From contig JANOQV010000102.1 of assembly GCA_031414955.1 (NCBI GenBank), positions 1 through 64,000 of the forward strand: a DNA stretch of 64,000 bases, read 5' to 3'. The number at the start of each line of letters is the position of its first letter. Positions within the stretch are counted from its first letter, which is position 1. Of this stretch, positions 47,173 to 54,687 are shown piece by piece. The notes below the pieces were generated by a model. The model had not been told where the DNA came from, searched no databases, and worked only from the letters and a program-made list of their open reading frames with translations. Position numbers and translations under genes: made by a program. This DNA comes from Pedosphaera sp. GTDB lineage: Bacteria > Verrucomicrobiota > Verrucomicrobiia > Limisphaerales > SIBH01.

Positions 47173-49088
47173 GGCGAGGTCACCTTGTAGAACTTCTTCG
47201 GAGTTCCAATGGTCGCCGAGTCAGGGATGTCATTCGTGCCGCCGGTGTAGGGCACGCTTGGCCACGACACCCAGTTGGTCAGATTGGTGGATGACGAAAG
47301 CGTGATGTCGTGCCCCGTCTGGCCTTTGACGCGCACGCGCATCGAACCGTCGTTCTCACGAACGATACCGACGAACTCCGGTCGCTTGCACAGGCCGTCG
47401 CTGCCCGCTGCGTATACGGCCCTGACTTCCTTGGCAGTCAGGACGCGATTGAACACTTGAAGTTCGTCTACCGCGCCGAGCAGGTAGTCGGTGTTGACTG
47501 CCGAATCGCCCTTGCGACCTACCGCGAGCGCACCGCTCGACTGCGTGACCAGCGGGCCGCTGGTTGAGTTCTCCGCTGCGCCATTGCGGTAGAGCGTCCA
47601 CGTTCCTTGGTCGTAGGTGAACGCGACGTGTTGCCAGACTCCTGACTGCGCCGCGTTGGTCGAGTGAACTGCTTCCCCGTTCTGATTGCCTGCCATGAAA
47701 CGGCCATCCGCTCCGAGATACAGACCCCAGTTCCAAGCATCGGATGTCGGGGCTTTCACTGCGATGGCTTGGAAGCGCCCGTCCGGCTGGGGCAGCACCC
47801 ACACCGCGACGGTGAACTTGCTGCCGCTGCTAAAATCCAAGCTGGCGTGGTGCGGAATCCGAACGTAGTTGCCCAGCGTGTTCAGGATGAAGCCGGAGCC
47901 GACCTTGCCCGCGCCGAACGCGAGTCCACCCTGCGCGGTGCCGTGGTTCACGCCTTGGATGTCAATCGCATTTCCGTCAGCCGACCACCATCCGACCATG
48001 CCGACCGGCGAAGGCACGCAGTCTGACCTCAAAGCTGCGGACGAAGCGGGGACGGCACGCCAGATGGCGAAGTAGGGCGAGGGCTTTCCACCTGCCGCCA
48101 GAAAATTTCCACCGACGTAAACGCGGTCGCCGCTCTTGGCGATGGCCCGCACGGCTGGGGCGAGATTCGTTCCACCCACTCCGCTGCCGAGCGCCGACCA
48201 GCCGTTGGTGCCGCGCACGGCGATGTTCGCCGTAGGCACGCCGTCCATGCTGGTGAATGACCCGCCCGCGTAAGTGTTCACGCCGTCCGGCCACACGCTC
48301 CAAATTGAACCGACCGGCGTCCCCAGCAGTGTGGACGTGCCGAGCGCGGAATTGCGTCGCCGGAGCCAAGGAGAAAATTCGTAGACGAAAGCACCATCTC
48401 CCTTGATGGCTCCCGGCACTTGTCCGCCGGACAGGACTTCCGGCCAGACCCCACCTTGAAAAAGCCAGAGGTAGTTCTCTACCTGCCGGTTGACGCGGGC
48501 ATAGAGGGCGTCGGGGCCGAACGCGAGTGACAGGACTTGAAATCCGGGCGTCGGCGCGGACGTGTCATAATCAGAGCCGCTCCATCGAACGAGGTAGGAC
48601 GCTTGAAGCGAAAACCCCAAACCCGCACGGGTGAAGTCACCCCCCGCGTAGACACCATTGTCGGGGCCGACTTCGAGACAACGCACCCAGCCATTCACTC
48701 CGCCCTGCATGAAGTTCCATGAGCCGCTCTCCCAGTAGGCGATGTTGTTGGCTGGTGCTCCACCTGCCGACGTGAACGCGCCGCCCACGTAGACGCGCCC
48801 GTTGTGGATGGTCATGGCCGTGACCAGACCGCCGCCAATGCCGGAACCGAGGGCCGACCAGTTCGTGCCGTCCCATCTGGCAATGTTGTTGACCGACACC
48901 TGCCCGGCCTGAGTGAACTGTCCGCCAACGAAGACTTCGTTGCCGCTGACGGCGATGGCCCAAACCGGGCCGTTCAATCCATTCGTGGCAAACCGTCCGT
49001 CCCAGTTGTCGTCGTCTCCGGCACGCACAGAGGACGTGGCGATGACGAGCAGGAGGGTGAGAGCAAATTGTCTTGTCGTGATTTTCAT
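47169..49088 (-). CDS. Secreted beta-propeller plus LamG-like protein with a C-terminal beta domain
   Basis: Signal peptide; repeated YVGGxFT..NIAxW..WSALGSG; LamG signature WQHVAFTY..LYRNG..VDELQVFNRVLT; ends KKFYKVTSP. Confidence 0.85.
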   Translation of the reverse strand: MKITTRQFALTLLLVIATSSVRAGDDDNWDGRFATNGLNGPVWAIAVSGNEVFVGGQFTQAGQVSVNNIARWDGTNWSALGSGIGGGLVTAMTIHNGRVYVGGAFTSAGGAPANNIAYWESGSWNFMQGGVNGWVRCLEVGPDNGVYAGGDFTRAGLGFSLQASYLVRWSGSDYDTSAPTPGFQVLSLAFGPDALYARVNRQVENYLWLFQGGVWPEVLSGGQVPGAIKGDGAFVYEFSPWLRRRNSALGTSTLLGTPVGSIWSVWPDGVNTYAGGSFTSMDGVPTANIAVRGTNGWSALGSGVGGTNLAPAVRAIAKSGDRVYVGGNFLAAGGKPSPYFAIWRAVPASSAALRSDCVPSPVGMVGWWSADGNAIDIQGVNHGTAQGGLAFGAGKVGSGFILNTLGNYVRIPHHASLDFSSGSKFTVAVWVLPQPDGRFQAIAVKAPTSDAWNWGLYLGADGRFMAGNQNGEAVHSTNAAQSGVWQHVAFTYDQGTWTLYRNGAAENSTSGPLVTQSSGALAVGRKGDSAVNTDYLLGAVDELQVFNRVLTAKEVRAVYAAGSDGLCKRPEFVGIVRENDGSMRVRVKGQTGHDITLSSSTNLTNWVSWPSVPYTGGTNDIPDSATIGTPKKFYKVTSP

Positions 49089-49157
49089 GGTCGTGGCTCT
49101 TGGCGAAGCAAGATGACCACGGCCAAAAAAGGAAGGGGCGCGAACTCAACGCGCCCC

Positions 49158-49267
49158 CACGAGAGGCACCGAGAAGCGCCTAGTGCAGAGAGCACGCCAA
49201 GCCGCGCCCGATGGGCGCGTGCTGGCGGCTGGGCCTCTGCACTGTGAAAATTCTCGGTTTTCTCGTG
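49158..49267. ncRNA. Candidate structured RNA (110-nt rod-like hairpin)
   Basis: Nested pairs CACGAGA/TCTCGTG, ACCGAGAA/TTCTCGGT, AGTGCAGAG/CTCTGCACT, CGCCA/TGGCG and CGCGCCC/GGGCGCG. Confidence 0.45.
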
Positions 49268-49436
49268 AGGCCGTAGCCGTAGCTACGCAAATTTATCTGT
49301 GTTTGTTTACATGATGTGAGTCCGCCCCGACATCGGGGCACTGGAAAGTTGTATACGCACTTGGCTCTGGAAACAAGGATGCCGTCGCCTCGGTGAAATC
49401 GTGCGCTTGTCTACGCCCTCGCCTCTTGTTCAACTC

Positions 49437-50561
49437 GTGTCCGTGAAAGTCCAAAAATCGACGGTCATCAACTTCCGCATTACCGGAAGCGAAGAGCAGC
49501 AGCTTGCGACCTACATTGACGACACGCTGAACTCGCCAGACAAGGTTGCCCGAAAGCTGATGCTCGATGCGCTGCGCGTCAAAGAGCAGGAGCGAGAAGC
49601 CGCCGCCTTCGACACGGACACTGCCCCCCGAACCACGCTTTTGGAAGGTGACGCTCTGCGGATTGTTTCTCGGCTTCCCTCGCGGGCTTTTCAAACGTGC
49701 GTTACTTCGCCGCCCTACTGGCATCAGCGCGACTATGGCAACCACCCGGAACAGCTAGGTCGGGAGAAAACACCGGAGCAGTTCGTCAACCGGCTGGCCG
49801 ACATCTTCTCCGAGGTTCACCGAGTTCTGACCCCGGATGGAACTCTCTGGGTGAACATCGACGACACTTACTGGCACAAGCAGCTTGCGGGCATCCCGTG
49901 GATGCTGGCGCTTGAGATGAAACGCCGGGGCTGGCTCTGGCGCTCAGAAATCGTCTGGGCCAAGGCGAGCACCCCGGAGGCAGTTCGCGACCGGCCCACG
50001 CGGGCGCATGAACCAGTGCTGATGTTCGCAAAGCGCCGAAAGTATTTCTACGACTACGAGGCCATGCTCGAACCGCACGACAATCCGTGGGCGTTGGATT
50101 GTATACAGAAAGCACAACAGCAGGGTGTGGCCGGCAGGCCGCGCAACAATCCGTTCGACAAAGATGGTCGCTACGAGAACGGCAAGCGCGGCATCACGCG
50201 AGCCGAGTATGGCGCGATGATGAATCCAAACGGGAAGAACCGGCGCGACGTGTGGGCCATCAACACGGATAAGTTTCGCGGCCCGCACTCCGCCGTGATG
50301 CCCGTCGCGTTGGCTGAACTTTGCATCAAGGCGGGAAGCAGACCGGGTGACACGGTGCTCGACCCGTTTGCCGGTGTGAGCACTACCGGTGTTGCAGCAC
50401 TGAATCTCGGTCGCAAGTTCGTCGGCGTGGAACTCCTGCCCAAGTTCATCGAACTCGGCAGGCAGCGGCTTGCGGAAGTCAAAGTCACGGCCAATGGCCA
50501 CGCACGGGCCGGTCGCGGCCTCGTTCGCGTAGACAAAACGAAAGCCGTCCCCCGCCGGTAA
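49437..50561 (+). CDS. Beta-class amino DNA methyltransferase (probably m4C) with an N-terminal RHH-like domain (start uncertain)
   Basis: TSPPY motif IV precedes DPFAG motif I; N-terminal VINFRIT strand followed by two helices. Confidence 0.85.
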   Translation: MSVKVQKSTVINFRITGSEEQQLATYIDDTLNSPDKVARKLMLDALRVKEQEREAAAFDTDTAPRTTLLEGDALRIVSRLPSRAFQTCVTSPPYWHQRDYGNHPEQLGREKTPEQFVNRLADIFSEVHRVLTPDGTLWVNIDDTYWHKQLAGIPWMLALEMKRRGWLWRSEIVWAKASTPEAVRDRPTRAHEPVLMFAKRRKYFYDYEAMLEPHDNPWALDCIQKAQQQGVAGRPRNNPFDKDGRYENGKRGITRAEYGAMMNPNGKNRRDVWAINTDKFRGPHSAVMPVALAELCIKAGSRPGDTVLDPFAGVSTTGVAALNLGRKFVGVELLPKFIELGRQRLAEVKVTANGHARAGRGLVRVDKTKAVPRR

Positions 50562-50588
50562 TGTGAACTCAATGACGGCTGCGTCACG

Positions 50589-51092
50589 TCAGGCCGGAGG
50601 GGCAGCGTCGTAGGGCAGGCCGAAATACTGGAACACCGCCCGCGTCCGCTCTTCAACCAGTTGCTCGAACACCCCGCCGCGCTCGCACATCACGTTCATG
50701 TGGCCAAAGTCGCGGGCGAGGTAGTGCAGAAGCTCGGTCGGCTCGAACTCGACTTGCACCTGCGGTCGGTCGTCCACCTTGAGCGCGGTGATGCTGTTCA
50801 TGCAACAGCACACCATCGTTCGCAGCGTGTCCGTTTCGAGGGTGCAGAAATACAACCAGTGCGGCCACGCCTTGTGGAACTCAGCGTAGAAGCGACGAAC
50901 CTCCGGGATGCAGTGAAGCTCACGCGGGTCATCGTCGTAGCCGTCCACACAGAGCACCATGCTGCCCATCATGCCACGGAGACGGCGACCCGTGGGCAGC
51001 TTCTCCGGCGCGTGCAAGCTCAGGAAATGGGAAAAGTCGCCACGCTCCACTTTCGACCGGCTGAATGTGTAGACGATGAAGTCGGTGACCAT
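50589..51092 (-). CDS. CRR6/DUF1817-like domain protein
   Basis: GYDDDPRELHCIPEVRRF..WPHWLYF resembles the CRR6 core motif. Confidence 0.65.
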   Translation of the reverse strand: MVTDFIVYTFSRSKVERGDFSHFLSLHAPEKLPTGRRLRGMMGSMVLCVDGYDDDPRELHCIPEVRRFYAEFHKAWPHWLYFCTLETDTLRTMVCCCMNSITALKVDDRPQVQVEFEPTELLHYLARDFGHMNVMCERGGVFEQLVEERTRAVFQYFGLPYDAAPPA

Positions 51093-51145
51093 GACGCTCG
51101 AAATCTTAAACCGCGTGTCAACCGACAGAAACGTCCGGCCCTGCC
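50896..51145. repeat. 250-bp direct repeat, copy 1
   Basis: About 19 mismatches (hand count) and no gaps versus 51903-52152; offset 1007 bp. Confidence 0.9.
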
Positions 51146-51273
51146 GGGTTGCCGCGTCTTCACCACCGCGTCCTCGCTGAGTTGATTGCCCAAGCAGTGG
51201 TTGCAGACCGTTGTCAGTCCGCTGGCGGTGAGGCGGAACAACTCCGGGAGGCCGTCTTTGCGCTCGGCCCAAG

Positions 51274-51307
51274 CCCCCGGAGTTCTCATCTCCGGGGGTT
51301 TTGTTTT
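51274..51307 (+). terminator. Intrinsic terminator-like hairpin
   Basis: CCCCCGGAG-TTCTCAT-CTCCGGGGG followed by TTTTGTTTT. Confidence 0.6.
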
Positions 51308-51630
51308 GGGGGCAAAATGCCAAGGGCCAGCGCGAGTTTGGGCAAACCTTCGGCATAGCCAATCTCGATGGTGCAGGCGGGTTCACCTTCCTCGCCCCCC
51401 TCATCTTCCTCGTCAGGCTCAAATTCGAGCACAGTCACGGTGACCGGGAATTCCATTCCGCCGTGCTTAATCGTGGCCGGGCCATTCGCAAGTTTGGTGT
51501 CGGACTCGGCCAAAAGCGATTCGTCGGAAACATGCCATGTGTTGTCTTCCTCAAAGCCCTCGGCGGGCCGGTAAGAGACTTCGGAAAGTTTGGCGGTCAC
51601 GACGCCTTGGCGTAGGTCAAGTTTCGGCAT
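51286..51630 (-). CDS. Acidic hypothetical protein (114 aa)
   Basis: MPKLDLRQG start; EPDEEDEGGEEGE stretch; co-oriented with neighbours. Confidence 0.5.
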   Translation of the reverse strand: MPKLDLRQGVVTAKLSEVSYRPAEGFEEDNTWHVSDESLLAESDTKLANGPATIKHGGMEFPVTVTVLEFEPDEEDEGGEEGEPACTIEIGYAEGLPKLALALGILPPKQNPRR

Positions 51631-52099
51631 GGCCGAAATCATAAATCTGAGGGTTGTCGAAGGATAGAGATTCTGTCGCTGACCATTGCTCCCAGCCGAA
51701 CAAAAACTCGATGTCGTATTCTTCAAGCGACCTCCGCACGACCTTCTTGAATCTGGCATCACGAAAAAGCAACGGGGCGCGACCATCCTCCCAAACGAAG
51801 TTGTTCCGCCATTTCTCCTGCTCCTGCTTAGACTTCGGCAAGCCCGCCAACCGAACGGCATCGACAATTCCCATGTGACGGGTCAGTCGGCTTTTCGCGA
51901 GGCGAACCTCTGGGATGCAGTGAAGCTCACGCGGGTCATCGTCGTAGCCGTCCACGCAGAGCACCATGCTGCCCATCATGGCGCGAAGTCGACGGCCCGT
52001 GGGCAGCTTGTCGGGCGCGTGCAAACCGAGGAAGTGAGAAAAGTCCCCGCGCTCCACTTTCGACCGGCTGAATGTGTAGACGATGAGGTCGGTGACCAT
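51617..52099 (-). CDS. Chimeric ORF: CRR6-like N-terminal 66 aa fused to unrelated sequence
   Basis: Nearly identical to 50589-51092 up to CIPEVR, then diverges abruptly. Confidence 0.5.
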   Translation of the reverse strand: MVTDLIVYTFSRSKVERGDFSHFLGLHAPDKLPTGRRLRAMMGSMVLCVDGYDDDPRELHCIPEVRLAKSRLTRHMGIVDAVRLAGLPKSKQEQEKWRNNFVWEDGRAPLLFRDARFKKVVRRSLEEYDIEFLFGWEQWSATESLSFDNPQIYDFGHAET

Positions 52100-52152
52100 G
52101 ACGCTCGAAATCTTAAACCGCGTGTCAACTGACAGAAACGTCCGGCCCTGCC
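51903..52152. repeat. 250-bp direct repeat, copy 2
   Basis: Matches 50896-51145 and includes about 53 nt upstream of the ATG. Confidence 0.9.
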
Positions 52153-52186
52153 CTGTTCACGGCTTCTCGGCTACGGAAGTCGTTTC

Positions 52187-52552
52187 TCAATGGCCGCCGG
52201 TCACCGTGTAGCCAGCCCGGCGCAGGTCTTCCGCTACATCCATTTCCATCTGCACCGCCGCGTCGAAGGGCATCGGGTTCAAGTGGGCGTAGAGTTCCGG
52301 CAACAGACGCAGGCCGTAACGCTTCACGACCCACGCGGACTTGATGCCCGCCTTGTGATTGGCAAACCGTTCGTCCGGCGACAACCCGGTCATGCCGACG
52401 TAGACGCACGACTTTTTCGGGTCACGCTTGGGATTCGCGGCGCGCACTTTCCTGTGCTTGCCCGCAGCAGGGTCGAGCAGCACGACGTAGACATTGTGAT
52501 GGTGCTCCGGCTGAGGTTTTGGACGAAGCGCCTTTAGCGTGCGGCGCTTCAT
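52187..52552 (-). CDS. Small GIY-YIG nuclease-superfamily protein
   Basis: NVYVV..VYVGMTG..RFANH..E pattern. Confidence 0.7.
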   Translation of the reverse strand: MKRRTLKALRPKPQPEHHHNVYVVLLDPAAGKHRKVRAANPKRDPKKSCVYVGMTGLSPDERFANHKAGIKSAWVVKRYGLRLLPELYAHLNPMPFDAAVQMEMDVAEDLRRAGYTVTGGH

Positions 52553-52809
52553 CGACTGGAAAGGACGCCTTGCTTGCGGACAGAGCGGCGCGTTCGCTTC
52601 TGTCGCCCGAACGTGAACAGTTCAACAACTTCGACTCTCATCACCTTGGCAAACTTTTCCAGCCCGGCCACGGAAGGCGCGTTGACGCCGCGCTCGACCA
52701 GACTGATGAACTCCACCGAGCAGCCGACCGCCTTCGCAAGCTGCACCTGTGTCAGTTTCCGTTCCCGGCGAAGTTCTGCGATGCGTGTGCCGAGTTTCTC
52801 TTGAAGCAT
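52549..52809 (-). CDS. XRE-family HTH regulator
   Basis: LGTRIAELRRERKLTQVQLA..ISLVERGVNAPS; 4-nt overlap with the GIY-YIG gene. Confidence 0.85.
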   Translation of the reverse strand: MLQEKLGTRIAELRRERKLTQVQLAKAVGCSVEFISLVERGVNAPSVAGLEKFAKVMRVEVVELFTFGRQKRTRRSVRKQGVLSSR

Positions 52810-53003
52810 GAGATTGCCATAGCACACAGGGGAGTCCGATTGCAAAGTAGCCAAACTACGGGCTGCCGTGAGCGTGGTTGCCTACGGCTCTGCGGCTGCT
52901 GTCGAACTTCCGTGGGCGAATCCATGACGATGCTGGCATGACCGACCAGAGAAGTCGGTTTGCCAGCATCGTCGCATCACAGCCGACTGGCTGAGATTTC
53001 TTG

Positions 53004-53567
53004 CTAATTCAGGTCTGCTCGGTTGCCCACAGTTTTTATGCCTCTCACGTTCAGATTGGCCGTGTGTTCTTCGACAGCTTCCTGCAAGAAGCGGACGACT
53101 TCGGTATCGCCAGTGAATTGTGGCAGTGGCGAAGCGGTAAGCATCCAGCCGGATTCTGTTTTTCTCCCGCGCACGACGCCGAGCACTTCGCCCTGTTTGA
53201 GAAGGCGTGGGAGCGAAGATTCAAACAAATTGAAAACCAGATGCGGATAGGCGGTGAGCGGATGTCTTGTGGGCTGAATCCGCAGCACCAGCCCAGCCGT
53301 GGGGCAAGACTTGGATTCCTTTCGCAGAAGGGCAACCATGCTTCTCACGTATTTCTCCCGTCCCGAAAGAATTCTTTGCACGTCCGCTTTCCGATAGTTG
53401 AAGCCACTGCCCTTCTTGCGAAAGCGAATCTTTTTCTTGAGCCGCAGTAACGGCAGTTCGGTCGAAGGCACGCGAAGCGCCTCTACAACTTCCTTGCCGG
53501 TCAACCAGTCGTTGGACTGGTCAGAGATGGACTTGGTAACGATGGCGTTGAGTGAGCGGTTTTTCAT
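53004..53567 (-). CDS. Excisionase-like HTH domain fused to an unknown domain
   Basis: NDWLTGKEVVEALRV..IRFRKKG..YRKADV, paralogous to 54503-54685. Confidence 0.55.
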   Translation of the reverse strand: MKNRSLNAIVTKSISDQSNDWLTGKEVVEALRVPSTELPLLRLKKKIRFRKKGSGFNYRKADVQRILSGREKYVRSMVALLRKESKSCPTAGLVLRIQPTRHPLTAYPHLVFNLFESSLPRLLKQGEVLGVVRGRKTESGWMLTASPLPQFTGDTEVVRFLQEAVEEHTANLNVRGIKTVGNRADLN

Positions 53568-53606
53568 AATCAGTTTTTGTGTCTACTGGTTTTTGCTTCA
53601 AGGTGT

Positions 53607-53640
53607 CGGCACCGGGGGGAGCAATTCACCCCCGGTGCCG
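53607..53640. other. Perfect 12-bp stem hairpin
   Basis: CGGCACCGGGGG-N10-CCCCCGGTGCCG with no U tract on either side. Confidence 0.6.
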
Positions 53641-53863
53641 TGTCCCCAACTTTGAAGTGCTCACGGTTAGGCCATGCCGTCGCGACTTGATGCTGACCTG
53701 AACACGCTCGGTGTCCTTTTCATCTACCGGCTTTTGCTCCGCCGTCTCGCTCTGCACTCGACCACTGTCGTTGGTGACGTGGTGAGTAAACCACATGGGC
53801 GGTGAGTTGCCGTGGACAGGATTCGTATACGGATTCTTGTCCACTTGTGGGAAGCGATGGATT

Positions 53864-54475
53864 TCAGCGCCTCGTCCCGTATACGGACGCGGCTGGCTTT
53901 GCCCTTCTGTCCACTGGCTCAAACTTCCAACCTTTACTTGTCCACGTCGCTTCGAGCTTCTGGCGCTTGAATGGTTTGAGCTTCAACCGCTGCCTCCACT
54001 TGGCCACTGCATCCCATTCCAAGAGTTCGTTGTTGAGCATGACCCGGCAGACTTTCAGGAGAGAATCCTGCGAGAGCGAGTAAAGCGGCTTGAGTCCGTC
54101 CTTGGCTTCGGCCCAGTGGGTGACGAGAAAAGCAGCGACGGCAGGATGCTGAGGTCGAGTGAGACTTTCCCAGCCCTTGGTCTTGTCCGCGAGCAACCGC
54201 CCAAGGCTGATGAAAAAGGCATGGTCGTTCCGCTTGACTGCATCCGCGATGACTTCTGGATACGGCGAGCCTCTGAGGTCGCGCACCGGGTCATACTGGA
54301 TGGCCCACTGCAACCGGAGCGCAGCTTCCTGCTGCGGCGTCCGGCGCTTACGCTTGAGCATCTTGAAGAACGACCCTGCCAGTCCATAGTTCGTATACAG
54401 GAATGACTGGGCTGCATCCGCCGAGGCTTTGATTTCCGCCAGTTCCTTTGGAGTGATGGGGCGTGACTTGGGCAT
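53864..54475 (-). CDS. Basic hypothetical protein (203 aa)
   Basis: ATG downstream of the small HTH gene; Lys/Arg-rich; no family recognised. Confidence 0.55.
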   Translation of the reverse strand: MPKSRPITPKELAEIKASADAAQSFLYTNYGLAGSFFKMLKRKRRTPQQEAALRLQWAIQYDPVRDLRGSPYPEVIADAVKRNDHAFFISLGRLLADKTKGWESLTRPQHPAVAAFLVTHWAEAKDGLKPLYSLSQDSLLKVCRVMLNNELLEWDAVAKWRQRLKLKPFKRQKLEATWTSKGWKFEPVDRRAKPAASVYGTRR

Positions 54476-54502
54476 CGACGTTGACTCCGCAGTTTGCCTC
54501 GT

Positions 54503-54685
54503 CTACGCCTTCCTGCTACGGAGCTTGGTAACGTCGGCTCGCGAATACATGAAGGCGTTGCCATTCTTCGTGAAGCGCAGCTTCCCTTCGACCCGCAGGT
54601 GCATCAACTCGCAGGACTCGACACCCAGCGCCCTCTCGACCTCCTTGCTGGTCAGCCAGTCGTTGGGTTTCTCGGCCTTGTCCAT
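54503..54685 (-). CDS. Small excisionase/MerR-like HTH protein
   Basis: NDWLTSKEVERALGV..LRFTKNG..YSRADV; starts 2 nt after the FtsK stop. Confidence 0.65.
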   Translation of the reverse strand: MDKAEKPNDWLTSKEVERALGVESCELMHLRVEGKLRFTKNGNAFMYSRADVTKLRSRKA

Positions 54686-54687
54686 GT

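Noticed and set aside
50896..52152. Diversity-generating retroelement template/variable repeat pair
   Set aside because: Mismatches are not adenine-specific, are mostly synonymous and lie at the 5' end of the gene; no reverse transcriptase was seen.
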